NCBI GenBank assembly: GCA_030390025.1
Contig: CM059433.1
Location: 62,001 to 126,000, forward strand
DNA length: 64,000 bases
Source: Squalus acanthias
Taxonomy: Eukaryota
Reading direction: 5' to 3'
In this document: positions 1 to 13,814 of the stretch, one piece after another
Layout: each line of letters starts with the position of its first letter
Numbering within the stretch: position 1 is the first letter of the stretch
Translations under genes and position numbers: made by a program
Notes under the pieces: generated by a model
Database searches by the model: none
Told to the model about the DNA's origin: nothing
Seen by the model: the letters and a program-made list of their open reading frames with translations, nothing else

Positions 1-295
1 CATTTTCTCCCTCTTCCAATAACATGATAAAATAACCCTAATAAACGCTTACAAAAAGGGGACAATATCTGTCAAAATTTAACTGGAACTTACCGCGGGA
101 CATTCAACATCACTTTCCCGGATTTTTTGCGGATTTAAGTAATTTTCCGATTTTTAAAAAAAATTCACGGTGGGCCTAAAACTTGTTTGCTTTCAGCCTC
201 CTTCCAGCAGCCCTTGTACATGTGCTGCACCTCCACCTGTGTTGTTGTGAGACCCGGCTCAGTCCCCGCGAGTGGAACACATGATCCTGGACCCT

Positions 296-535
296 CACCC
301 CTCTCTCTCTCTCTCGCTGTGTGCCCCTCTCCCTGTCCCTCCCTCTGTTTCACTCTCTATCGCCCTCTATCCCTGTCTCTCACTCTCTCTCTGTCTCTCT
401 CTGTCTCTCTCTCTCAATCTCCCTTTGTCCCTGTCTCTCTCTCTCTCTCCCTCTGTCTCTGTCTCTCTCTCTCTCTCTGTCTCTCTCTCTCTCCCTCTGT
501 CTCTGTCTCTCTCTCTCAATCTCCCTCTGTCCCTG

Positions 536-567
<32 letters not shown>

Positions 568-1020
568 TCTGTCCCTGTCTCTCTCTCTCAATCTCCCTCT
601 GTCCCTGTCTCTCTCTCTCTCTGTCTCTCTCTCTCTCTCCCTCTATCCCTGTCTCTCTCTCTCAATCTCCCTCTGTCTCTGTCTCTCTCTCTCTCTGTTT
701 GTCTCTCTCTCTCCCTCTATCCCTGTCTCTCTCTCTCAATCTCCCTCTGTCCCTGTCTCTCTCTGTCTCTGTGTATCTCTGTCCCTCTCGCCGTCTGTCC
801 CTGTCCCTCTCTCTATCTCCCTCTGTCCCTGTCTCTCTGTCCATCTGTCCCTCTCTCTCTCTCTCTCTTTGTCTCTCTCTCTCTCTCTCTCCCTCTGTCC
901 CTCTCTCTCTCTCTCTCTCTCCCTCTGCCCCTGTATCTCTCTCTATCTCCCTCTGTCTCTGTCTCTCTCTCTATCTCCCTCTGTCTCTATCTCTATCTCC
1001 CTATCTCTCTCTGCCTGTCT
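296..1020. repeat. CT-rich low-complexity microsatellite
   Basis: Degenerate (CT)n / CCCTCTGTCCCTGT repeats; produces the spurious Leu/Ser-rich ORFs. Confidence 0.95.
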
Positions 1021-2414
1021 CACTACAGGCCAGTGAGCCTTACATCAGTGGTAGGAAAATTATTGGAAAAAATTCTGAGGGACAAAATCAGTCTCCACTT
1101 GGAGAGGCAAGGATTAATCAGGGTTAGCCAACATGGCTTTGTCAAGGGAAGATCATGTCTGACTAATTTGATTGAATTTTTTGAGGGGGTGACTAGGTGT
1201 GTGGATGAGGGTAACGCAGTGGATGTGGTATACGTGGATTTCAGTAAGGCCTTCGATAAAGTCCCGCACAGGATACTGGTCAAGAAGGTAAGAGCCCATG
1301 GAATCCAGGGTACCTTGGCACATTGGATACAAAACTGGCTCAGTGGCAGAAGGCAGAGGGTGATGGTCGAAGGTTGTTTTTGTGACTGGAAGCCTGTGGC
1401 CAGTGGGGTACCACAGGGATCGGTGCTGGGTCCCTTGCTGTTTGTGGTCTACATTAACGACTTGGATATGAATGTAAAAGGTATGATCAGTAAGTTCGCG
1501 GATGATACAAAAATTGGTAGGGTGGTAAATAGCGAGGAGGGTAGCCTCAGTCTGCAGGACGATATAGATGGGTTGGTCAGATGGGCGGAACAGTGGCAAA
1601 TGGAATTTAATCCGGAAAAGTGCGAGGTGATGCACTTTGGAGGGACTAACAAGGCAAGGGAATATACAATGAATGGTAAGACCCTAGGCAAGACGGAGGG
1701 TCAGAGGGATCTTGGTGTGCAAGTACACAGATCCCTGAAGGCGGCGGAACAGGTGGATAAGGTGGTAAAAAAGGCATATGGGATACTTGCATTCATTAGC
1801 CGAGGCATAGAATATAAGAGCAAGGAGGTTATGATGGAGCTGTATAAAACACTGGTTAGGCCACATCTGGAATACTGTGTGCAGTTCTGGTCGCCACACT
1901 ACAGGAAGGATGTGATCGCTTTGGAGAGGGTGCAGAGGAGATTCAGCAGAATGTTACCCGGGCTGGAGTGCTTCAGCTATGAAGAGAGACTGGGCAGATT
2001 GGGTTTGTTTTCCTTGGAGCAGAGGAGGCTGAGGGGGGACATGATTGAGGTGTACAAAATTATGAGGGGCATAGATAGGATGGATACTAAGGAGCTTTTT
2101 CCCTTAGTAGAGGGGTCTATAACAAGGGGGCATAGATTCAAGGTAAAGGGCGGGAGGTTTAGAAGGGATTTGAGAAAGAACTTTTTCACCCAGAGGGTGG
2201 TTGGAGTCTGGAACTCACTGCCTGAAAGGGTTGTGGAGGCAGGAACCCTCACAACATTCAAGAAGCATTTGGATGAGCACTTGAAATGCCATAGCATACA
2301 AGGCTACGGACCAAATGCTGGAATATGGGATTAGATTAGACAGGGCTTGATGGCCGGCGCGGACACGATGGGCTGAAGGGCCTCTATCCGTGCTGTATAA
2401 CTCTATGACTCTAA
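1021..2414 (+). mobile_element. 5'-truncated CR1 LINE (RT half of ORF2, 3' UTR, (ACTCTATG)n tail)
   Basis: Open frame YRPVSLTS...QHGF...DFSKAFD...GVPQGSVLGP...KFADD to stop at 2334; tail repeat is interrupted by a Harbinger element and resumes at 3300. Confidence 0.95.
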
Positions 2415-3299
2415 GGGGGGAAAATTCAGTTGGCTGCACCTCCCGTTAGCGCCTTAAGAGGGCGCGAATGGGGCGCAAAGCAACTAGCGCCTGGGCGCAG
2501 CGATGTTTGTGTCGCTCACGAAATTAACTAGACATTTTGCGGTGGCGTTAAACATTACCGCCACGATCTCCTGCGTCGGCAGATCGTGACGTCAGTCAAG
2601 TGCGCAACGCCCCGGTAGCGCCCCGGAGCTGATATTGAGTGGCGCCCCCTGCCTGCCGCTAGCAACGACAGGTTGAGGGGAGCGTTTTGCAGTCAGGAAG
2701 GGACTGGGGGAGCGCTATTTAAAGGCGACCGATTCCTGCCTTTTTTTGTTGGCGACATTTTTGGACCACGCATTCTGAGAGGGAGCGAGATAGACTTCTG
2801 GAGAGATTCAACGCTGTGTGAAGGAGTTTCGGGTATTGAGCCGCACTTTGCAGGTTCATTTTGATTTGCCCTTCCTTGTATCGATTTAGAAGAGAGTGTG
2901 GGGGCTGCACTCTGAGCTCTTTCCCTGGTACTCTCCATTGTTCTTTCCAGCAGATTTGATGTACAGATCTCTCCAGGCCGAGATTCAAGGCTGCAATGAA
3001 CAGTATGTGGATGGAAAGCAAGATCAACCATCCCCTTTAAGAACTGGCCGGGGCCATTGTGTCTGTGTTCCATTGCTGACTGACATCACATGAGCTTCGC
3101 CAGCGCTCTGAGTTAGCGCCTCGCTCCTCAGCCTTTGCGCCTTAAGACAGGTGTGAAGTGCCTGATTTAGCGCTCCAATCACCTCCAGGGGCGATAAAAG
3201 TCAAGTTTGCAGTCGGAGGCGATAATTAGCGCCAGGCGCTAATCTTTGCGCCCGGCCGATAATTGCGCCCCAAACGGGGCGATACTGAATTTTTCCCCC
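2415..3299. mobile_element. Non-autonomous, internally deleted PIF/Harbinger element (885 bp)
   Basis: 15-bp TIRs GGGGGGAAAATTCAG...CTGAATTTTTCCCCC; both arms match the ends of the copies at 23106 and 55766; flanks TAA/TAT; keeps only the first codons of both genes (junction ~2910). Confidence 0.9.
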
Positions 3300-3314
3300 T
3301 ATGACTCTATGACT

Positions 3315-4400
3315 ATCTCCCTCTACCTCTCTCTCTCTCTGTCTGTCCCTCTCTCTCTTTCTCCCCCTCTGTCCCTGTCTCTCTCTCTCTCTCCCTCTGT
3401 CCCTGTCTCTCTTTCTCTCACCCTCCCAATCTGTCTCTGCCTCTCACTCTCGTGACCTCCCTCTGTCATTGTCTCTCTCTCTCCCCCATTCTCTCTCTCT
3501 CCCCAGTCTCTCTCTCCCTCCTACAGTCTCACCCTCTCCCAGTCTCTCTCTCTCCCTAGTCTCTCACACCCCCAGTCTCTCCCTTGTTTCTCACTCTCCC
3601 CTAGTCTCTCTGTCTCTCTCCCAATATCTCTCTCTCTCCCCAGTCTCTCTCTCTCTCCCCAGTCTCTCTCTCCCCAGTCTCTCTCTCTCTCCCCAGTCTC
3701 TCTCTGTCTCTCTCCATCTCCACCCGTCTCTCTGTCTCTCCCCAGATTCTCTCTCTCACAAGACTCTCGCTCTCTTCCCCTGTCTCTCTATTTCTCTCCC
3801 CCACTCTCTCTCCCCCCTTTCTCTGACCCCCCAGGCTCTCTCTCACCCCAGTCTCTCTCGCTCCCCAGTTCCTCTCTCTCTCTATTCTCTCTCTCTCTTT
3901 CTCTCTCTTCAGCTATCTCTCTTCCCCACTCTCTATCTCTCCCCCTCTGTTACTCCTCGTCTATCTCTCCCCAGTCTCTCTCTCTCTCTCCCTCTCTCTC
4001 TTCCAGTCTCTCTCTCGCTCCCCAGTCTCTCTCTCTTCCAGTCTCTCTCTCGCTCCCCAGACTCTCTCTCTCACGAGTCTCTCTCTCTCTTTCACTCTCC
4101 ATGTCTCTCTCACTCACCATTCTCTTTCTCACCCCCTCTATCTCTCTCCCCGTCTCTCTCTTTCCCAGTCTCTCTCCCTGTTCTCTCTCTCTCCCCAGTC
4201 TCTCTCTCTCTCCAGAATCTCTCTCTCCTCTAATCTCTGTCTCTCTCCCCAGTCTCTCTTTCTCTTTCCCCCTAGTGTCTCTCTCTCTCCCCAGTCTCTC
4301 ACTCTCCTCTACTCACTGTCTCTCCCCCCAGTCTCACTCCCTGTCTCTCTCTCTTCCAGTCTGCCTTTCTCCCCACTATCTGTCTCTCTCCCCGTCTCTC
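3315..4400. repeat. CT-rich low-complexity repeat (CCCCAGTCTCTCTCT-like units)
   Basis: Direct reading of sequence. Confidence 0.95.
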
Positions 4401-4401
4401 T

Positions 4402-5080
4402 CATAATATGATTGAATTTTACATTCAGTTTGAGAGAGAGAAGTGTGGGTCCAAGACTAGTATTTTAAACTTAAATAAGGGCAATTATGAGGTCATGAAA
4501 GCAGAGCTAGCTAAAGTGAACTGGCAAATTAGGTTAAGGGATAGTTCAACAGAGTTGCAGTGGCAGACATTTAAGGGGATATTTCAAAATACACAGAATA
4601 TATACATTCCAACAAGAAAGAAAAATTCCCAGTGGAGGACCCACCATCCGTGGTTAACTAAAAAAATTAAAGGTATTAAACTTAAAGAAAAAGCATATAA
4701 TTGTGCAAAGATGGGTGGCAGGTCAGAAGATTTGACAGAATATAAAAAACAGCAAAGAATGACTAAAAGATTAATAAGGAGAGAAAAATTAGAGTACGAG
4801 AGAAAGCTAGCTAGAAATATAAAAACAGTTAGTAAGAGTTTCTATAGATATTTAAAAAGAAAAGTGTTAACAAAGTGAGCGTTGGTCCTATAAAAAGTGA
4901 GTCTGGGGAATTAATAATGGAAAATAAGGAGATGGCAGTTGAATTGAACAGGTATTTTGCATCGGTATTCACTACAGAGGATACAAGTAACATCCCAGAA
5001 ATAGCTGTAAATCAGGAAGTGGAAGGGGGGGGAGGAACTCAAGAAAATTATAATCATCAGGGAAGTGGTACTGAGCAAAT
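4402..5080 (+). mobile_element. CR1 ORF2 internal fragment (post-endonuclease region), frameshifted
   Basis: HNMIEF..LNKGNY..PWLTK..KSFYRY..YFASVFT, homologous to ORF2 48550..51501. Confidence 0.85.
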
Positions 5081-6030
5081 GGACAGATGCATCTGCGACA
5101 GGTAGATTGGTGAGGACGAGGTCAAGTAGGTTTTCCCCTCATGTTGGTTCTCTCAACACCTGTCGCAGGTCCAGACTTGCAGTTATGTCCTTCAGGACTC
5201 GGCCAGCAGTGGTGCTAGCGAGCCACATCTTGGTGATGGACATTGAAGTCCCCCAGCCAGAGTATATTCACTACCCTTGCTACTCTCAGTGCTTCTTCCA
5301 GGTGATGTTCAACAAGGCGGAATACTGATTGATCAGCTGAGGCAGGGCGGTAGGTGGTAATCAGCAGGTGGTTTCGCTTGCCGGAGTCAATGATGAGGAC
5401 TCCCAGGGCCAGTCCTTCCCGACTGTATACCACGGTGCCGCCACCCCTGGTGGGGCAGGACATACCCAGTGGATGGTGAAGGAGGAGTTTGGGACACTGA
5501 CTGAAAGGTCTGATTCTGTGAGTATGACCATGTCAGGCTGTTGCTTGACTGGTCTGTGGGACACCTCTCCCAATTTTAGCACAAGTCCCCAGATGTTGGT
5601 GAGGAGGACTTTGCAGGTCGACTGGGCTGGGTGTGCCGTTGCCGTGTACGGAGCCAGTGCCGAGTTCGATGCCGGGTGATTCGTCCAGTTTCATTCTTAT
5701 TATTTTGTTTCATAGCGGTTAGTTACAACTGAGGGCAGTTAAGAATCAACCACATTGCTGTGGGTCTGGAGTCACATATCGGCCAGACCAGCTAAGGACG
5801 GCAGATTTCCTTCCCTAAAAGACATTAATGAACCAGATGGGTTTTTACGACAATCCGATAGTTTCATGGTTATCATTACTGATACTAGTTTTTTTATTCC
5901 AGATTTATTTAATTAACTGAATTTAAATTACCCAGCTGCCATGGTGGGCTTTGAACTCATGTCTCCTGGACCATTAGTCCAGGCCTACTAGATTACTAGC
6001 CCAGTGACATTACCACTACACTACCATTCC
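5081..6030 (-). mobile_element. tRNA-headed SINE-like 5' region running into a degenerate LINE APE-endonuclease fragment
   Basis: A/B-box-like head (TAGTGTAGTGG..GAGTTCAAAGCCC) shared with 62175..62662; continues into LTNIWGL..DMVILTES..GGGTVVY..LWLGDFNVHH. Confidence 0.7.
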
Positions 6031-6859
6031 CGTTATTAGTAGAGCCGCACTGTGTAACTCAGTGAGGACATTACGGTCCCTGGAGTGAAACGGAGAGACT
6101 CCGCAGGACGTTGACAGCAGTCTGGGGAGCGCCTCTCTTTGGGTTGAATTATAATGAGGCGGCCAAAGCTGCAGCTCGTGTTCTAACTGTGGCCGAACCA
6201 AAGCCTTGCCCGAATGCATTATCACTTGTTGCTGTTGCGCTCAATGTCCCTCTCTGTTAAACTCGAATCCCTGCTGCTTTTATTATGGATTTACTCTCTG
6301 TACCCGTACTGTCAGGGAATTAAGTCTTTAAATCCCGAGATCTGGCTGTTCATCCTCGCCTTTCATTCCATTCAGACCTTGTTCCCACCCCTTGTTATTC
6401 ACACCGGAATGTGAGGGTAGCTCACCTGTGAACAACGAGTTACTGATTCAAACTGGTGACATGTTCTCAATGAGTTGGAACAATATGTGTCCAGGAACTA
6501 AGACGGTGCTCACCAAATATGCTTTAGAAGGACCTGCAGAGGTTCAGCAGAACACCGACTTTACACCATTTGGAAGACTGGTTGAGACCAGAATATCAAT
6601 ATTGTTGCTCATCGTTGTTTAGTCACAAGAACAACCTTCATTTTTCAACAATACATTTTCATTTTCAGTAACTATCCTTAAACAGAGATGCCTAACATCA
6701 CTTTGACAACTCAAGTTCCTCCTGCCTCCATCATTAGAGCACTTATCAGCAGACAGGTCAGGGTTCAATTGGGACAGTAGACAATGGGATCTGATGGGGA
6801 GACCGAGCCTGCAATATTCTTAACAAACTTCCACAACAGTTACAAATACCTACCATTAA

Positions 6860-7110
6860 AAGACTCCTGACTGTTGCAAATGTGAGGTCATTCACATTGG
6901 ACATAAAAAGGATAAAAGAGGATAGTACTTTCTAAATGGTGGAAAGCTAGAAACAGTGGAGGGCCAAAGAGACTTGGGGATCTGGTCCATGCACATAGAT
7001 CAGTAAACAGAAATAATTTAAAAGGCTAATGGAATGTTGGCCTTTATATCTAGAAGACTATAATACAAGGGGGTAGAAGTAAGGCTACAACTGTGCAAAG
7101 CCCTGGTCAA
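6860..7110 (+). mobile_element. Degenerate CR1 ORF2 fragment
   Basis: Remnants of KCEVIH..RDLG..KANGMLAFI..KALV. Confidence 0.7.
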
Positions 7111-7112
7111 CC

Positions 7113-8620
7113 CATAGAAGCATAGAAGATAGGAGCAGGAGTAGGCCATTCGGCCCCTCGAGCCTGTTCCGCCATTCAATGAGATCATGGCTTTTCATCC
7201 AAATTCAGTACCATATCCCGTGATCCCTTTAGCCTTAAGAAATATATCTATCTCCTTCTTGAATATATTTAATGAATTGGCATCAACTGCCTTCTGTGGT
7301 AGAGAATTCCACAGGTTCACCCCTCTCTGGGTGAAGAACTTCCTCCTCATCTCAGTCCTAAATGGCTTACCCCTTATCCTTAGATTGTGACCTCTGGATC
7401 TGGACTCCCCCGCCATCGGGAACATCCTTCCTGCATCTAGTCTGTCTAGTCCTGTTAGAATTTTATGAGTTTCAATGAGATCCCCTCTCATTCTTCTAAA
7501 CTCTAGCGAATATAAGCCTAATCGAGCCAATCTCTCTTCATACGTCATTCCTGCCATCCCAGATATCAGTCTGGTAAATCTTCGCTGCACTCACTCCATT
7601 GCAATAACATCCTTCCTCAGATAAGGTTACCAAAACTGCACACAATACTCAAGGTGTGGTCTCACCAAGGCCTTGTACAACTGCAGCAAGACATCCTTGC
7701 TCCTGTACTCAAATCCTCTCGCTATCAAGGCCAACATACCATTTGCCTTCTTAACCGCCTGCTGCACCTGCATGCTTACCTTCAGCGACTGATGCACAAG
7801 GACTCCCAGATCTCGTTGCACTTCCCCTTTTCCCAATCTATTGCCGTACAGATAATAATCTGTCTTCCTGTTTTTGCCACCAAAGTGGATAACCTCGCAT
7901 TTATCCACATTATACTGCAACTGCCATGCATCTGCCCAATCACCCAAGCTGTCCAAATCATACTGGAGTTTCTCTGTATCCTCCTCACAGCACACACGCC
8001 CACCCAGCTTTGTGTCATTTGCAAACTTAGAGATATTACATCTAGTTCCCTCGTCTAGATCATTAATATATATTGTGAATAGCTAGAGTCCAAGGACCGA
8101 TCTCTGCGGTACCCCACTAGTCACTGCCGGCCACTCGGAAAAAGATCCGTTTATTCCAACTCTTTGCTTCCTGTCTGCCAACCAGTTCTCTATCCAAATC
8201 AGTACCTTACCCCCAATCCCATGTGCTTTAACTTTGCACACTAATCTCTTATGCGGGACCTTATCGAAAGCCTTCTGAAAGTCAAAATACATCACATCCA
8301 CTGGTTCTCCCTTATCTATTGTACCAGTTACATCCTCAAAAAATTCCAGAAGTTTAATCAGGCATGATTTCCCTTTTGTAAATCCATGTTGACTTTGTCC
8401 GATCCTGTCACTGTTTTCCAAGTGCTCTGCTATTACATCTTTTATAATGGACTCTAGCATTTTTCCCACGATGTCAGGCTTACCGGTCTATAATTCCCCA
8501 TTTTTTCTCTACCACCTTTTTTAAATAGCGAGGTTACATTAGCTACCCTCCGATCCATGGGAACTGTTCCAGAGTCTATCGAATTTTGCAAGATGACCAG
8601 CAATGCATCTACTATGATTG
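7113..8620 (-). mobile_element. CR1 LINE 3' half (RT region), degenerate
   Basis: ORF pieces 8454..8663, 8083..8469, 7627..7995, 7195..7590 are collinear CR1 RT segments; 3' UTR hairpin and tail near 7113-7190. Confidence 0.92.
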
Positions 8621-8639
8621 ATGCCCCAGGATATGGGCA

Positions 8640-11600
8640 CGGAGGGAGGGTGAAAAGAAGCAAATAAAATCAATAATATTCATAATAACATATGTTCTTT
8701 ACTTCTGTAAATTAAATGTCTGCATTCTGTGATTTGAGTGGAGCGGAATACAATGAATGGAAAGATCCCACAGCAGCTTTTGCTCTTAAAACACTCGACA
8801 AACATTCCCCAAAAGAGCCCAGTCCAGAAAAACAGCAATTAAATTATTCTGAAAATAATAATAAAATAAATATAACATATATATACTTTGCTTTTACAAA
8901 AGTCTTGCCTTGTCTTAGTTTTGTTGGGAATTAATGGGAGAGTAAGGTCCCACAGCAGGATATGCTCTGACATATCCCACAAATATTCCCCGATAAAGTC
9001 CAGTCCACAAAAAAATCAAATGGCTTGTTGGAAATATGTAGCTTTGATTTTTACAAGTCTTGAAAGAAAGGCAAAGTAAGATCCCACAGCAGAGCGGTCT
9101 GGAATGAAATCAGTATGATCTAATGGTGTATACTTTGTTTTTTCAGACAAGAGATGCAGTACCAATGCACACGGCAGATAATTTGAACACAGACAAGCCC
9201 TGCATACACACCAGCTTTTGTTCTCTGTCTCTCTCACACACACAAACACAGGCAAGTCTGCAAAATTGCCAAACAATGCTGTCAGCAATGAAAGAAAGTT
9301 GATTTCTCTCATTGCTCTGCTGTGTTTGGCAGTTTAAAAGTAAAAAAAACACTTTTCAGTATCTTAATTTTTCATTTTGCGGCCTACAAAATTAGGCTTT
9401 CTATTCTGCATCAAAAGCAAAATTCTGCGGATGCTGGAAATCTGAAATTAAAACAGAAAATGTTGCAAATACTCAGCAGGTCAGGCAGCATCTGTGGAGA
9501 GAGAGAGAAACAGAGTTAATTCAGCTTGATGACCTTTTGTCAGATTCTGGCAAGGTTCTGACGACAGGTCATCGAACTGAAATGTTAACTATGCTTCTCC
9601 CTCTCTCCACAGACGCTGCCTGACCTGCTGAGTATTTGCAGCATTTTCTGTTTTGATTTCTATTCTTCCTGTTGTCTTAATTTCATTTGTCTCTCTCATT
9701 GCCTGCCTGCCTTGTCTTGATTTGGGTAGAGTGGAATAAAATGAATGCAAAGATCCACAAAGACATTTTTCAGTATCTCACTGACTGTCTTGAAGTGAAG
9801 TGAAATAAAGTGCAATAAAGTGATACACAACAGCATTACATGTGGACCAGTCAAGAATGAAATCAATAGGGTTTAATACAACAACAGCAGTTAATAAGAC
9901 AGCAGTCCACATCTCACACAAACACCAGCTTTTGCTCTCTCCTCTCTCTCTCTCACTCACACACACACACTCACACCCTGGCCAGCCTTCAGAGGGATGA
10001 ATGCAGTGTTGGAAAATTAAAACCAAAAATACACTTTTCTGTAACTTATCTTTTCACTTTGTGGCCTACAGAAACAGGCTTTCTATTCTGCACCTTGCCT
10101 TGTGATTTCATGTCTCGCTCTCTCACTGGCCATCTGTCTGTCTGTCTCTCACTCACATACTCTCCCTCCCATCCACAGTGAACTAAAACTTACAGTGACA
10201 GGACACACAGATTCTGCAATTTGCAGACACACAGACACCCACTCACATACAGACACACTCACACAGACTCTGCAATTTGCAGACTCACAGACACCCACGC
10301 ACATACAGACACACTCACACAGACTCTGCAATTTGCAGACTCACAGACACCCACGCACATACAGACACACTCACACAGACTCTGCAATTTGCAGACTCAC
10401 AGACACCCACGCACATACAGACACACTCACACAGACTCTGCAATTTGCAGAAACTCACACACATACATCCATTCTGAAAGGGTGCAGCCTGGAGTGTCTA
10501 TTTTTGATGATGTCCCTTCCTGGCTGTGCAGCCATGTTTGATGAGGACAATCCAACAGGAAGTGGTGAAGCCGAGGCCCCAGAAATCCGGGTCCCCGAGA
10601 GGAAATGAAAGCCCGGGAGGGTGATAAGAAGTAAATACAATCAGGAATAAATAATAATATATATACTTTACTTCTGTTAACTAAATGTCTGCCTGTCTGT
10701 GGTTTGCCTGGAGTGTAATAAAATGAATGGAAAGATCGCACAGCAGCTTTTGCTCTGAAAACATCCCAAGCACATTCCCCAATAAAGCCCAGTTCAGAAA
10801 TAAATCAAATTGATTTTTCTGAGAATAATTTAAAAAGTATAATATTTTTTTTTTTTACAAATTTCTTGTCTTGTTTGAGTTGGGATGAAGGGGAGAGCAA
10901 GATCCCACAAACCAGGATGTGCCATGAAACACTCCACAAACATTCCCCTATAAAGTCCAGTCCAGAAAAATATCAAATGGATTGATGTATATATGTAAAT
11001 TTGCTTTTTACTAAGTTCTTGAAAGAAAGACAAAGTAAGATCCCACAACAGTGCAGTCTGGAATTAAATCAGTATGATCTAATGGAGTATATACTTTGTT
11101 TTTTTCAGACATGAGATGCAGTACCAATGCACACGGCAGATAACTTGAACACAGACAAGTCCTGCATACACACCAGCTTTTGCTCTCTGTCTCTCTCCCA
11201 CACACACACACACACACACACAGGCCAGCCTTAAAATTGCCACAAATCACGGTCAGCAATGAAAGAAAGTTGATTTATTTCATTGCTCTGCTCTGTTTGG
11301 CAGTTTAAAAACAAACATACATTTCTCATTATTTTATCTTTTCAGTTTGCGGCCTACAGAAACAGGCTTTCTATTCTGCAACAAAAGCAAATGCTGTGGA
11401 TGTGGGAAATCTGAAATCAAAACAGAAAATGCTGGAAATACTCAGCAGGTAAGGCAGCATCTGTGGAGAGAGAGAGAGAAACAGAGTTAATGTTTCAGCT
11501 CGATTACCTTTTGTCAGATTCTGGCAAGGTTCTGACGAAAGGTCATTGAGCTGAAACATTTACTCTGTATCGCTGTATCTCCACTGATGCTGCCTAACAT

Positions 11601-13029
11601 ACTGAGTATTTCCAGCATTTTCTGTTTTTATTTCTATTCTGCATGTTGTCTTGATTTCATGTGTCTCTCTCATTGCCAGCCTGCTTGTCTGCCTTGTCTT
11701 GATTTGAGTAGAGTGGAATAAAAAGAATGCAAAGATCCCAGAGCAGCTTTTATTGTCAGAAAGTCCACAAAGACATTTTTCGGCATCTCACTGACTGTCC
11801 GACTTGAAGTGAAGTGAAATGAAATAAAGTGCAATAAAGTGATACACAACAGCATTACATGTGGACCAGGCCAGAATGAAATCAACAGGGTTTAATACAA
11901 CAACAGCAGGTAATAAGACAGCAGAACACATCTCACACAAACACCAGCTTTTGCCCTCGCCCTCGCCCTCGCCCTCGCCCTCGCCCTCTCCCTCTCCCTC
12001 TCCCTCTCTCTCTCTCTCACACACACTCACAGCCTGGCCAGCCTGCAGAGGGATGACTGCCGTGTTGGAAGATTAAAACCAACAAGACACTTTTAAGTAT
12101 CTTATCATTTCACTTTGTGGCCTACAGAAACAGGCTTTCTATTCTGCAACTTGCCTTTTGATTTCATGTCTCTCTCTCTCTCTCACAGACTGTCTGTCTG
12201 CCACACACACAGTCTTCCTCCCAACCACATTGAACTAAAATTTACATTAACATCACTCACACCCTCACACAGACTCTGCAATTGGCAGAAACTCACACTC
12301 ACACAATTATTTTGAAAAATTCAGAGCCTGGAGTGTCTATTTTTAATGATGTCCCTTCCTGGTTGTGCGGCCATGTTTGATGAGGACAATCAAACAGGAA
12401 GAAGTGAAGCCGAGGGCCCAGAAATCCGGGTCCCCCAGAGGAAATGAAAGCCCGGGAGGGTGAAAAGAAGTAAATACAATCAGGAAAAAATAATATATAT
12501 ACTTTACTTCTTTTCACTAAATGTCTGCCTGTCTGTGGTTTGCCTGGAGTGCAATAAAATGAATGGAAAGATCGCACAGCAAGTTTTGCTCTGAAAAAAT
12601 CCCAAGCACATTCCTCAATAAAGCCCAGTCCAGAAAAAAATCAAATGGATTATTCTGAAAATAATTTATAAAATATAATATATACTTTTTTTTTTAAGTG
12701 TCTTGTTTTGTTTGGGTTGGGCTGAAGGGGAGAGTAAGATCCCACAGCAGGATGTGCCATGATACACTCCACAAACATTCCACTATAAAGTCCAGTCCAC
12801 AAAAATATCAAATGGCTTGATGTATATATGTAGAATTGCTTTTTTACAAAATTCTTGAAAGAAAGACAAAGTAAGATCCCACAACAGAGCAGTCTGGAAT
12901 TAAATCAGTATGATCTAATGGTATATACTTTCTGTTTTTTTCAGACATGAGATGCAGTACCAATGCACACGGCAGATAACTTGAACACAGACAAGCCCTG
13001 CATCCACACCAGCTTTTGCTGTCTGTCTG

Positions 13030-13060
<31 letters not shown>

Positions 13061-13780
13061 GCCAGCCTGCAAAATCGCCACAAATTACTGTCAGCAATGA
13101 AAGAAAGTTGATTTCTATCATTGTTCTGCTATGTTTGGCACTTTAAAAGCAAACAGACAGTTTTCAGTATTTTATCTTTTCAGTTTGCGGCCTACAGAAA
13201 CAGGCTTTCTATTCTGCATCAAAAGCAAATGCTGTGGATGTAGGAAAACTGAAATCAAAACAGGAAATGCTGGAAATACTCAGCAGGTAAGGCAGCACTG
13301 GTGGAGAGAGAGAGAAACAGAGTTAATGTTTCAGCTCGATTACCTTTTGTCAGATTCTGGCAAGGTTCTGTTGAAAGGTCATCGAGCTGAAACTTTTACT
13401 CTGTTTCTCTGTATCTCCACTGATGCTGCCTAATATACTGAGTATTTGCAGCATTTTCTGTTTTCATTTCTATTCTGCATGTTGTCTTGATTTCATGTGT
13501 CTCTCTCACTACCTGCCAGCCTTGTCTTGATTTGAGTGGAGTGGAATAAAAAGAATGCAAAGATCCCAGAGCAGCTTTTATTGTCAGACAGTCCACAAAG
13601 ACATTTTTCAGTATTTCACTGACTGACTGTCTGTCTTGAAGGGAAGTGAAATGAAATAAATTGCAATAAAGTGATACACAACAGCAATACATGTGGACCA
13701 GAATGAAATCAACAGGGTTTAATACAACAACAGCAGGTAATAAGACAGCAGAACACATCTCACACAAACACCAGCTTTTG

Positions 13781-13814
<34 letters not shown>

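Noticed and set aside
1..190. Possible end of a DNA transposon at the window edge
   Set aside because: No partner terminus visible; cannot be supported
187..1127. Long Leu/Ser-rich ORFs and an apparent 715-aa RT fusion
   Set aside because: Stop-free CT microsatellite that happens to be in frame with a truncated CR1
3469..4406. Leu/Ser/Pro ORFs
   Set aside because: Low-complexity repeat translation
10102..10608. 168-aa His/Thr-rich ORF
   Set aside because: Product of a 56-bp tandem repeat; not conserved in the other array units
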